DNA from: Actinomycetota bacterium
GTDB taxonomy: Bacteria; Actinomycetota; Geothermincolia; Geothermincolales; RBG-13-55-18
Length of the DNA: 64,000 bases
Direction of reading: 5' to 3'
NCBI GenBank assembly: GCA_014360685.1
Contig: JACIXB010000016.1
Span: 253,586 to 317,585 of the forward strand
In this document: one piece after another, positions 45,516-54,606 of the stretch
Layout of the letters: every line of letters starts with the position of its first letter
Position numbering within the stretch: the first letter of the stretch is position 1
The notes under the pieces: model-generated
Seen by the model: only the letters and a program-made list of their open reading frames with translations
Database searches by the model: none
Told to the model about the DNA's origin: nothing
Made by a program: the position numbers and the translations under genes

Positions 45516-47695
45516 TGAGTAGGATAATCGCTGCCGCAGCCATCAAGGGGGCCTACAAGGAGGTGGCCGAGGCCGAGCGCATGCTCGCCGAGACCAAGGA
45601 GGCCGTCGGCGCCACCGCGAAGGTGGAGTTCCCCAATACCGGTTATTACCTTCCCATCATCTACGCCCTCACGGGGATCGCCGTGCAGAAGTTGGAGGAC
45701 ATGGACCAGGTCCTGCGGTACGCCAAGGACCTCCTGCCCCCGGTCCCCAAGCAGAGGCACTGGGTCCCCTACCTGGGGCACACCCTGGACGCCGGGGTCG
45801 CCACCCTCTTCGCCGGGGAGATCATCGAGGGCTGCAAGTACGCCACCAACCCCCCGGTGGACGACCTGTGGCTGGGGGCCGCCGACGACGTGATCATGCG
45901 CGAGCGCGGGGTGGAGTTCGTGGACGGCACGGCTCCCGGGTTCTGCGCCCTGGTGGGCCGGGCCTCCACTCCGGAGATGGCGGATAAGATAGTGGTGGAG
46001 CTCCTGGAGAAGAACCTCTACGTGTGGATCTCCGGCCACGTGGACGGGGTCTCCATCGCCGAGCAGCTGCAGCAGGTGGACCGCCAGCTGGGGTGGGACA
46101 CCCGCATCGTCCCCTACGGGAAGGAGATGTCCTCGGCGGTGTACTCCCTGGGCTTCGCCGCCCGCGCGGCCATGTCCTTCGGGGGCGCCCAGCCGGGAGA
46201 CTTCCGCAAGGTACTGCGCTACAACAAGAACCGCATCTTCGCCTTCGTCCTGGCCCTGGACTACGTGGACGAGCAGAAGTACGCCTACGCGGCGGGGGCC
46301 ATAAACTACGGGTTCCCCACCATCGCCAACACCCCCATCCCGGACATCCTCCCCACCGGCGTGTGCACCTACGAGCACGTGGTGGGCGGCGTGCCCGAGG
46401 AGGAGATCGTCCAGAAGTGCGTGGAGGTGCGGGGCCTCAAGATCCAGATCACCGAGATCCCCATCCCCATGGCCTACGGCCCGGCTTTCGAGGGCGAGGT
46501 CATCCGCAAGGACGATATGTACGTGCAGTTCGGGGGGAACATCACCCCGGCCTTCGAGTACGTGCGCATGCGGGAGATGGACGAGGTCACCGACGGGAAG
46601 ATCGAGGTGGTCGGCCCGGAGATCGATGATGTGGAGGAGGGCGGGGCCCTGCCCCTGGGCATCGTGGTTGAGGTGGCCGGGCGCAAGATGCAGGAGGACT
46701 TCGAGTCCATCCTGGAGCGCCAGATCCACCACCTCATCAACGGCGCCGAGGGCATCTGGCACATGGGCCAGCGCGACATCGTGTGGACGCGCATCAGCAA
46801 GAAGGCCCAGGCCAAGGGGTTCAAGATCCGCCACTACGGGGAGATCATCCACGCCAAGCTGCTCAACGACTTCCCCTCCATCGTGGACAAGGTGCAGGTG
46901 ACCATCTACACCAACCAGGAGGACGTGGAGAAGTGGCTGGCCATCGCCCGCCAGGCCTACCGCTACCGCGACGAGAAGACGGCGGGCATGACCGACGAGT
47001 CGGTGGACACCTTCTACTCCTGCACCCTGTGCCAGTCCTTCGCCCCCACCCACGTGTGCATCATCTCCCCGGAGAGGCTGGGTCTGTGCGGGGCCTACAA
47101 CTGGCTGGACGGCAAGGCGGCCTACGAGATCGACCCCACCGGCCCCAACCAGCCGGTGAAGAAGGGCGACTGCGAGGACCCGGTCAAGGGCGTGTGGCCG
47201 GCCATCAACGAGTTCGTCAAGGAGAAGTCGGGGGGCAACACCCAGCGGGTCACCATGTACTCCATGATGGAGGACCCCATGACCTCCTGCGGGTGTTTCG
47301 AGTGCATCGTGGCCTTCCTGCCCATGTGCAACGGGGTGATGATCGTCAACCGCGAGCACAAGGGGATGACCCCCTGCGGCATGACCTTCTCCACCCTGGC
47401 CAATTCGGTGGGCGGCGGCCAGCAGACGCCGGGCTTCATCGGCATAGGGAAGGTGTACATCACCTCCAAGAAGTTCATCTCCGCCGACGGAGGATTCCAG
47501 CGCATCGTATGGATGCCCAAGGAACTCAAGGAGACCCTCAAGGAACAACTCCAGAAGCGCTGCGAGGAGATCGGCGACCCCGACTTCATCAACAAGATCG
47601 CCGACGAGGACGTGGGCACCAGCGAGGAGGAGATCCTCCCCTGGCTGGAGCAGGTGGGACATCCCGCCCTGACCATGGAGCCCATGCTCATGTAG
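45515..47695 (+). CDS. acsB: acetyl-CoA synthase
   Basis: FPNTGYYLP, CTLCQSFAPTHVC, ERLGLCG and DPMTSCGCFEC. Confidence 0.97.
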   Translation: MSRIIAAAAIKGAYKEVAEAERMLAETKEAVGATAKVEFPNTGYYLPIIYALTGIAVQKLEDMDQVLRYAKDLLPPVPKQRHWVPYLGHTLDAGVATLFAGEIIEGCKYATNPPVDDLWLGAADDVIMRERGVEFVDGTAPGFCALVGRASTPEMADKIVVELLEKNLYVWISGHVDGVSIAEQLQQVDRQLGWDTRIVPYGKEMSSAVYSLGFAARAAMSFGGAQPGDFRKVLRYNKNRIFAFVLALDYVDEQKYAYAAGAINYGFPTIANTPIPDILPTGVCTYEHVVGGVPEEEIVQKCVEVRGLKIQITEIPIPMAYGPAFEGEVIRKDDMYVQFGGNITPAFEYVRMREMDEVTDGKIEVVGPEIDDVEEGGALPLGIVVEVAGRKMQEDFESILERQIHHLINGAEGIWHMGQRDIVWTRISKKAQAKGFKIRHYGEIIHAKLLNDFPSIVDKVQVTIYTNQEDVEKWLAIARQAYRYRDEKTAGMTDESVDTFYSCTLCQSFAPTHVCIISPERLGLCGAYNWLDGKAAYEIDPTGPNQPVKKGDCEDPVKGVWPAINEFVKEKSGGNTQRVTMYSMMEDPMTSCGCFECIVAFLPMCNGVMIVNREHKGMTPCGMTFSTLANSVGGGQQTPGFIGIGKVYITSKKFISADGGFQRIVWMPKELKETLKEQLQKRCEEIGDPDFINKIADEDVGTSEEEILPWLEQVGHPALTMEPMLM

Positions 47696-47700
47696 GCATG

Positions 47701-47731
47701 AAGAGGGAAGGCGTGCGCGCCTTCCCTCTTT
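47701..47731 (+). terminator. 13-bp hairpin after acsB (terminator, attenuator or mRNA stabiliser)
   Basis: AAGAGGGAAGGCG-tgcg-CGCCTTCCCTCTT followed by T. Confidence 0.6.
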
Positions 47732-47784
47732 ACCGGATATACAACAGGTGGGAGGACCGCTGATTTAGTAGGAAGGAGTTAGAG

Positions 47785-49134
47785 ATGGGACTTTCGGGCT
47801 TGGATATCTTCAAGAAGCTACCCAAGACCAACTGCAAGGAATGCGGGTTCCCGACCTGCCTGGCCTTCGCCATGAAGCTGGCGGCGGGCCAGGCGAACCT
47901 CGACGATTGTCCCTACGTCACGGATGAGGTACGGGCCGAGCTGGCCGAGGCCGCCGCTCCCCCCATCCGAGGGGTCACCGTCGGGGTCGGGGACGAGGCC
48001 TTCAAGGTAGGGGAGGAACTGGTCCTCTTCCGCCACGAGAAGACCTTCTTCAATCCCACGGTCCTGGGCGTGCTGGTGAGCGATGACATGGACGATGCCA
48101 AGGTGGACGAGCTCATCAAGCAAGCCAACGAGTGCGTCCACGAGCGCGTGGGCGTCATCCTAAAAGTGGGGACGGTGGCCGTGAAGTGCGCCTCCGGGGA
48201 CGCCGGCAAGTTCAAGGCCCTGGTGGAGAAGGTGAAGGGCGCCACCCCCAAGCCCCTCATCCTCATGACCGAGGACGTGGAGGTCATGAAGGCCGCCCTG
48301 GAGGTGGCCGGCGACTCCCGGCCCCTGCTCTACGCCGCCACCGAGGCCAACCTGGAGGCCATGGGGGCCCTGGCCAAGGAGAAGGACCTGCCCCTGGCGG
48401 TGAAGGCCGACGACCTGGAGAAGCTGGCCGAGCTCTCCGAGAAGCTCGCCGGCATGGGGCTCAAGGACCTGGTGCTGGACCCCTCCCCGCGCACGCCCAA
48501 GGAGACCTTCAAGGACCTGGTGGCCATCCGCCGGGCGGCACTCAACCAGAAGTTCGCCCCCTTCGGCTTACCCACCATCACCTTCCCCTGCGAGGAGACC
48601 GACGACGAGCTCTACGAGACCGCCCTGGCGGCCATGTACATCTGCAAGTACGGCGGCATCGTCATCCTCTCCCACACCGAGCAGTGGAGGATGTACCCGC
48701 TCCTGGTGCTGGTACTCAACATCTACACCGATCCCCAGCGCCCCATGGCCGTGGACTCCAAGTTCTACGAGATCGGCAGCCCCGACGAGAACAGCCCGGT
48801 GCTGGTGACCACCAACTTCTCCCTCACCTACTTCATCGTCTCCGGCGAGATCGAGGGGAGCAAGATACCGGCCTGGCTGGGCGTGGTGGACGTGGACGGC
48901 CAGTCGGTGCTCACCGCCTGGGCGGCGGGCAAGTTCGTGCCCGAGACCATCGCCAAGTTCATCAACACCTCGGGGATAGCCGACAAGGTCAAGCACCGCA
49001 AGCTGATCATCCCCGGCTACGTGGCCCAGATCTCCGGCGAGCTGGAGGAGGAGCTTCCCGACTGGGAGATCGTCATCGGCACCCGGGAGGCGGCGGACCT
49101 GCCCGCCTTCCTGCGCCAGTTCTCCACCACCTGA
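47785..49134 (+). CDS. acsC: corrinoid Fe-S protein large subunit
   Basis: LPKTNCKECGFPTCLAFA, NIYTDPQRP, TTNFSLTYF and SVLTAWAAGKF. Confidence 0.96.
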   Translation: MGLSGLDIFKKLPKTNCKECGFPTCLAFAMKLAAGQANLDDCPYVTDEVRAELAEAAAPPIRGVTVGVGDEAFKVGEELVLFRHEKTFFNPTVLGVLVSDDMDDAKVDELIKQANECVHERVGVILKVGTVAVKCASGDAGKFKALVEKVKGATPKPLILMTEDVEVMKAALEVAGDSRPLLYAATEANLEAMGALAKEKDLPLAVKADDLEKLAELSEKLAGMGLKDLVLDPSPRTPKETFKDLVAIRRAALNQKFAPFGLPTITFPCEETDDELYETALAAMYICKYGGIVILSHTEQWRMYPLLVLVLNIYTDPQRPMAVDSKFYEIGSPDENSPVLVTTNFSLTYFIVSGEIEGSKIPAWLGVVDVDGQSVLTAWAAGKFVPETIAKFINTSGIADKVKHRKLIIPGYVAQISGELEEELPDWEIVIGTREAADLPAFLRQFSTT

Positions 49135-49210
49135 GGAGGGGAGGAGAGGCTCGCGGTTTGAGGATAACGCGTCGTGGTAAGAGTCGAAGAACGGAGGAGG
49201 AGCGCAAGAG

Positions 49211-49876
49211 ATGATCATCACCACGTCGAAGCCCTTCGAGGAGGTGCTCAAGGCCCTCGAGGGCGAGGACAAGGTCTTCATCGTCGGCTGCGGTCTCTGC
49301 GCCACTACCTGCGAGACGGGCGGAGAGGAGCAGGTGGCCGAGATGAAGGCCAAGCTGGAGGCCGAGGGCAAGACGGTGACCGGCACCGTGGTCTACGAAG
49401 AGGTATGCCACGAGCTGAACACCAAGCGCAAGTTCCGGGAGAACAAGGAGGCCGTGGAGGCGGCCGACGGTTTCCTGGTCATGTGCTGCGGGGCCGGAAC
49501 CCAGTCGGTGCGCGAGGCCACGGAGAAGCCGGTGCACCCCGCCTGCAACACCGTCTTCCTGGGCAACATCCAGCGCCACGGCCACTTCGTGGAGAAGTGC
49601 TCCCTGTGCGGGGAGTGCGTGCTGGAGGACTTCGGGGCCATCTGCCCCGTGACCCGCTGCCATAAGGGCATCCTCAACGGGCCCTGCGGGGGCACCGACG
49701 AGGGCAAGTGCGAGACCAGCAAGGAGAAGGACTGCGGGTGGACCCTCATCTACAACCAGCTGGAGAAGATGGGCAAGCTGGACCGCTTCCGCAGGATCTA
49801 CGGTCCCAAGAACTGGCAGGCTAACATGAAGCCCGGACGGGTGATCTTCGAGAAGAAGGGCGAGGGGGGTGAGTGA
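49211..49876 (+). CDS. metV: methylene-THF reductase Fe-S/Zn subunit
   Basis: GCGLCATTCETGG, CCGAG.Q, CSLCGEC and CPVTRCHKGILNGPCGG. Confidence 0.92.
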   Translation: MIITTSKPFEEVLKALEGEDKVFIVGCGLCATTCETGGEEQVAEMKAKLEAEGKTVTGTVVYEEVCHELNTKRKFRENKEAVEAADGFLVMCCGAGTQSVREATEKPVHPACNTVFLGNIQRHGHFVEKCSLCGECVLEDFGAICPVTRCHKGILNGPCGGTDEGKCETSKEKDCGWTLIYNQLEKMGKLDRFRRIYGPKNWQANMKPGRVIFEKKGEGGE

Positions 49877-50807
49877 AATGACGGTGCTTATCAAGGAACA
49901 CGCCAAGCCCTCCATCCAGGAGATCCTCGAGTCCGGGAAGTTCCTGGTCACCGGGGAGATCGGGCCTCCCAAGGGTACGGACATCGACGAGATGATCGAA
50001 CACATCGAACTGCTCAAGGACAAGGTTCACGCCATGAACATCACCGACAACCAGTCCTCGGTGATGCGCTATCCGTCCCTGGGGACGGCCATCCTCATCA
50101 AGGAGCTGGGCGGGGAGCCCAACCTGCAGGTCACCTGCCGGGACCGCAACCGCCTGGCCATCGAGGCCGACCTGCTCTTCGCCTACACCCGGGGTATACG
50201 CAGCGTACTCTGCCTCACTGGCGACTCCATCCCCGCGGGCGACCACAAGGAGGCCAAGGCGGTCTTCGACCTGGAGTCGGTGCAGCTCCTGCAGCTCATC
50301 TGCAACATGGAGGAGGGGCGCGACTCCGGCGGCAACGAGCTCAAGGGCGGCGTGAAATTCTTCAAGGGAGCCATTGTCACCCCGGAGGCGGTGCCCATCG
50401 AGCCCCAGATGCTCAAGTTCGAGAAGAAGATCGAGGCTGGAGCGCAGTGGTTCCAGACCCAGGCCGTCTACGACATGGACAACTTCAAGCGCTTCATGGA
50501 AAAGGCGCGCAAGATCAGCGACAAGGTCTATATCTGCTGCGGCCTGGTTCTCCTCACCAGCCCCGGCCAGATCAAGTACATGAACGCCAACGTCCCCGGC
50601 GTGTTCGTACCCGAGAACCTGGCCCGGGAGATGGAGGATGCCCCCAAGGAGGAGAGGCTCAACTACGGCATCCGCATCATGGCCCGCCAGATACGCCAGC
50701 TCATCGACGAGAAGCTGTGCGACGGCGTGCACATCATGGCCATCGGGAAGGAGTCGGTGGTACCCCAGATTCTCGAGGAAGCCGGGGTGGACATCACCAA
50801 GATGTGA
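49869..50807 (+). CDS. metF: methylene-THF reductase
   Basis: EIGPPKG, NITDNQ, TCRDRNRLA, LTGD, KIEAGAQWFQTQ and GVHIMA. Confidence 0.94.
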   Translation: MSEMTVLIKEHAKPSIQEILESGKFLVTGEIGPPKGTDIDEMIEHIELLKDKVHAMNITDNQSSVMRYPSLGTAILIKELGGEPNLQVTCRDRNRLAIEADLLFAYTRGIRSVLCLTGDSIPAGDHKEAKAVFDLESVQLLQLICNMEEGRDSGGNELKGGVKFFKGAIVTPEAVPIEPQMLKFEKKIEAGAQWFQTQAVYDMDNFKRFMEKARKISDKVYICCGLVLLTSPGQIKYMNANVPGVFVPENLAREMEDAPKEERLNYGIRIMARQIRQLIDEKLCDGVHIMAIGKESVVPQILEEAGVDITKM

Positions 50808-50813
50808 GCGGTG

Positions 50814-50844
50814 CGGAGGGGAGGCGTTCGTGGCCTCCCCTCCG
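50814..50844 (+). other. 12-bp intergenic hairpin after metF
   Basis: CGGAGGGGAGGC-gttcgtg-GCCTCCCCTCCG. Confidence 0.65.
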
Positions 50845-51020
50845 ATACACGATCCTATGGCGCCCTTCCTTTGCCCCAAGGGTGGTTCGCGTGGAGCGCG
50901 GGCCGAGTTTTGGAGGGGGTGGAGGGGCTGAGATTCATGCAACGGGCGCAAGTACGGAGATCTCGACCGGGGATGGGTTCCCTGCGACCGGTCCGGGAGG
51001 TCCACGAGGAGGACTGAAGG

Positions 51021-52085
51021 TTGTCCTTCCAGCCGTACTATATGGCCACGGCCATAGGCAGCCTCCCCCATCTGGATGCGGAGGAGGCTTGCGAGCTCAC
51101 CCTTCGGTATCTCGCGGAAGCTCCGGCCTGGCCACAGCTTCCTCGCCGCGATTTCCGGGAGAACATGTATGCCCAGTACAGCGAGGGGCTCCCCGGGGTG
51201 GTGGTGGACGTGGAAAGGCGCAAGGTCTTCTGCGAAACCGACCGCGACCTCCTGGAGGAGATGGAGGCGGTGCTCACCGCCTACCTGGAAGGGGACCTGG
51301 AATGGGCGGCCATCAGCGAGGAATACGCCTCCGGCCTGCATGCCCTCGCCCGGCGAGTCGCCGCCCAGGGGAAGAGGTATCCTCTGCTCAAGGGGCAGGT
51401 GACCGGGCCGGTTAGCTTCGGGCTGACGGTTTTGGACCGGAGGAACCGGCCCATCCTCTACGACGACCAGATGGCCGAGGTGATGGTCAGGCTGCTCAAC
51501 CTCAAGGCGCGCTGGATGGAAGGATTCCTGCGAAGCACCGGGGCCGCGGAGGAAGTGCTCATCTTTCTCGACGAGCCCTACCTGGTATCGGTGGGATCCG
51601 CCCTGGTCAGTGTGGGCCGCGACCAGGTGGTGGACTCCATCCGGGGATGCACCGAGGGTTTGGGCTGCTTGACCGGGGCCCACTGCTGTGGGAACACGGA
51701 CTGGACGCTCCTTTTCCAGGCCGGCTTGGACGTGGTCAACTTCGACGCCTATGGGTACATGGAGAGCCTGGCCCTCTACCCGGAGGAGCTTTCCCGTTTC
51801 CTCGAGGAAGGTGGCATCCTGGCCTGGGGGCTGATTCCCAATACCCCGGCGGTTGAGGAGGAGGACGTACCGGGCCTGGCACGGCGTTTCGAGGAGGGAG
51901 TGAGGCTCCTCGTCTCCCACGGCGTGAACGAGGACCTGCTGCGGGAGAAGGCCATGATCACCCCCTCCTGCGGCCTGGAGGGGCTGAGCGAAGAACAGGC
52001 GGAAAGAGCTTACCGGTTGGCGGCGGAGGTCTCCTCCGCTTTGCACGGGGGAAAGGTCGGCGGACCGTCCGGGGAGGGCGCATGA
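51021..52085 (+). CDS. single-barrel 'core-MetE' methionine synthase (MesB/MesC-like)
   Basis: TAIGSLPH, WPQLP, KGQVTGP, FLDEP, Zn-ligand HxC (AHCCG) and TPSCGL. 354 aa with no N-terminal folate barrel. Confidence 0.75.
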   Translation: MSFQPYYMATAIGSLPHLDAEEACELTLRYLAEAPAWPQLPRRDFRENMYAQYSEGLPGVVVDVERRKVFCETDRDLLEEMEAVLTAYLEGDLEWAAISEEYASGLHALARRVAAQGKRYPLLKGQVTGPVSFGLTVLDRRNRPILYDDQMAEVMVRLLNLKARWMEGFLRSTGAAEEVLIFLDEPYLVSVGSALVSVGRDQVVDSIRGCTEGLGCLTGAHCCGNTDWTLLFQAGLDVVNFDAYGYMESLALYPEELSRFLEEGGILAWGLIPNTPAVEEEDVPGLARRFEEGVRLLVSHGVNEDLLREKAMITPSCGLEGLSEEQAERAYRLAAEVSSALHGGKVGGPSGEGA

Positions 52086-53026
52086 AGCGCGAAGCGGATA
52101 CCGTGGGGGGCCATTACCGCACCCGCATGCCCCGGTGGTTTCACCGTCCCGTGCTGGCGGGAAGGGAGTTGCGGGAGGTGGAGGGTCTCCTACGGGACCT
52201 GCGCCTGAACACCGTGTGCCGCAGCGCCAAGTGCCCCAACCGCATGGAATGTTATTCCAGGCGGACGGCCACCTTCATGATCCTGGGGGAGACCTGCACC
52301 CGGAACTGCGCCTTCTGCGGGGTCCCCAAGGGCGTTCCCGCTCCCCTCGACCCCGAGGAGCCGGCCAGGGTGGCCAGGGCCGCGGCCGCCCTGGGACTGA
52401 GCCACGTGGTGGTCACCAGCGTGACCCGGGATGACCTCCCCGACGGAGGGGCGGCCCACTTCGCGGCCACGGTGCGTGAGGTGAGGAGGCGCCTCCCGGG
52501 GGCCACGGTGGAGGTGCTCACCCCCGACTTCCGAGGGAATCCCGGGGCCCTGATGGCGGTGCTCTCCGAGCGGCCCGAGGTCTTCAACCACAACCTGGAG
52601 ACGGTGGAGGAGCTCTACGGGAGGGTGAGGCCGGGTGCCGATTACCGCCGCTCCCTGCGTCTCCTGGAGGCCGCCCGAAAATGGTGCCCGGAGGTGCGCA
52701 CCAAGAGCGGGGTGATGGTGGGACTCGGGGAGACCAGGGAACAGATGCGGCGCCTCTTCCGGGACCTGGCCGCCGTGGGATGTGATATGCTCACCATCGG
52801 CCAGTACCTGCGCCCCGGGAGGGAGCAGCTGGAGGTGGAGAGGTTCCTCTCCCCGGAGGAGTTCGCGGAACTGCGGGCCGAGGCGGAGGAGGCGGGAATC
52901 CCCGTGGTGGCCTCCGCCCCCCTGGTGCGCAGCTCCTACCGGGCGAGGGAATTGATGGAAGATACAGGAAAGGAAGGGCGGAGAGTCGTCGACCGCAAGA
53001 GCGACCAAGGAGGAAGGAAATGCTGA
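52082..53026 (+). CDS. lipA: lipoyl synthase
   Basis: CX4CX5C (CRSAKCPNRMEC), CX3CX2C (CTRNCAFC), NHNLETV, GQYLRP and RSSY. Confidence 0.95.
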   Translation: MKREADTVGGHYRTRMPRWFHRPVLAGRELREVEGLLRDLRLNTVCRSAKCPNRMECYSRRTATFMILGETCTRNCAFCGVPKGVPAPLDPEEPARVARAAAALGLSHVVVTSVTRDDLPDGGAAHFAATVREVRRRLPGATVEVLTPDFRGNPGALMAVLSERPEVFNHNLETVEELYGRVRPGADYRRSLRLLEAARKWCPEVRTKSGVMVGLGETREQMRRLFRDLAAVGCDMLTIGQYLRPGREQLEVERFLSPEEFAELRAEAEEAGIPVVASAPLVRSSYRARELMEDTGKEGRRVVDRKSDQGGRKC

Positions 53027-53907
53027 TCATCGGCGAAAAGGTCAACGTGATGATGAAGAAGATCGGCCAGGCCATGAAGGAGTACGACAAGAAGCCCATC
53101 CAGGAGATGGCACTCCTGCAGGTGGAGGGCGGGGCCAACTGGCTGGACATCAACCTCGGCCCGGCCACCAAGGAGGGACCGGAGCGCATGCGCTTCGTGG
53201 TGGAGGCGGTCCAGGAGGTCACCGACGTCCCCCTGGCCCTGGACACCATGAACATCGAGGCCATGAAGGCCGGCCTGGAGACGGTCAGGGACCGCGAGGT
53301 GATGATCAACTCCATCTCCTCCCAGCCGGAGCGCATAGAGAAGCTCATGCCCATGGCCGTGGAGCACGACGCCTGGGTGGTGGGTCTGGTCCTCAATGCC
53401 CAGGGCAACGTGCCCCGGGACGCCAACGAGAGGGTGGAGGTGGCCTATAACATCATCATGGCCGCCCAGGAGTACGGCATTCCCCTGGAGAAGCTGCTCA
53501 TCGACCCCATCGTGCTCCCCATCGCCGTTACTCAGGACCAGGTACATGCCCTCATCGATTCCATGGACATGCTGCAGGGAGTCTTCGCCGAGTTTGACCC
53601 CCAGCCGGGGACGGTGGTCGGCCTCTCCAACGTCTCCAACGGGGTACCCGATCCGGAGCTGTGCAGCCTCCTCAACCGCACCCTGCTGGCGGTGCTCATG
53701 GTCAAGGGACTCACGGCGGCCATCGTGGATCCCAACGACGAGAAGTTGATGGGCGTGGTGAACAAGAACGAGGAGTACCAGATCGTGGAAAAGATAGTGA
53801 AGGGCGAGCCGGTGGACGAGAGTGACCCCACGGTCATCAAGCTCCTCAAGACCTGGCGGGTGCTCACCGAGGAGACCCTTTACGCCCATTCTTACCTGGA
53901 ACTCTGA
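53020..53907 (+). CDS. acsE: methyl-THF:corrinoid methyltransferase (pterin-binding)
   Basis: MLIIGEK.N, LDINLG, LALDT, INSIS, IDP and GLSNVSNG, plus the WLP context. Confidence 0.9.
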   Translation: MLIIGEKVNVMMKKIGQAMKEYDKKPIQEMALLQVEGGANWLDINLGPATKEGPERMRFVVEAVQEVTDVPLALDTMNIEAMKAGLETVRDREVMINSISSQPERIEKLMPMAVEHDAWVVGLVLNAQGNVPRDANERVEVAYNIIMAAQEYGIPLEKLLIDPIVLPIAVTQDQVHALIDSMDMLQGVFAEFDPQPGTVVGLSNVSNGVPDPELCSLLNRTLLAVLMVKGLTAAIVDPNDEKLMGVVNKNEEYQIVEKIVKGEPVDESDPTVIKLLKTWRVLTEETLYAHSYLEL

Positions 53908-54081
53908 TCCCCGCCGCGGGAATCCCCGTGGGTGCCCGCGGGCGGGGAGGGAAGGACGCGGGATCCCGGGGAGGGAGGAGTGCAAGCCCCGGGATCCCGC
54001 AACCGAGGGCGCGGGATGGCGGCTTGAAGGGCATGGACCGGGACCATATCTAGAGGCGGGTTTCCATCCCAAGGAGGAAGG

Positions 54082-54606
54082 ATGATGGAAGGCGATACCT
54101 GTAAGTGCTCTCAGCGCTTCGCCGACGTGGACGACCTTGGGCCCCTGCAGGAGATCCTGGAACGTTACCGGGATGAGAAGGGGGCCCTGATACCCCTCCT
54201 GCAGGATGCCCAGGAAGCTTACGGTTACCTGGACGAGAAGATAATGCGCGCCCTGGCCAAGGGGGCGGGCTACCAGCTGAGCCAGCTCTACGGGGTGGCC
54301 ACCTTTTATACCCAGTTCCGACTGCAGCCCATCGGAGAGCACCTCATACGGGTGTGCCACGGCACGGCTTGTCACGTGGCGGGGGCGGAGCTCATCTCCG
54401 AGGAGATCTACAACATACTGGGCATCCGGGACGGGGAGACCACCCCGGACCGCAAGTTCACCGTGGAATCGGTGATGTGCGTGGGGGCCTGCTCCCTTTC
54501 CCCCATCATGATCGTGGACGAGGACACCCACGGGAAGCTCAAGCCGGCCAACGTGCGCAGGGTCCTCAAGAAGTACATGGGCGAGAGCGAGGAGAGGGAA
54601 GAATGA
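54082..54606 (+). CDS. NuoE/HydC-like [2Fe-2S] subunit
   Basis: GVATFYTQF, CHGTACH and CVGAC. Confidence 0.92.
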   Translation: MMEGDTCKCSQRFADVDDLGPLQEILERYRDEKGALIPLLQDAQEAYGYLDEKIMRALAKGAGYQLSQLYGVATFYTQFRLQPIGEHLIRVCHGTACHVAGAELISEEIYNILGIRDGETTPDRKFTVESVMCVGACSLSPIMIVDEDTHGKLKPANVRRVLKKYMGESEEREE

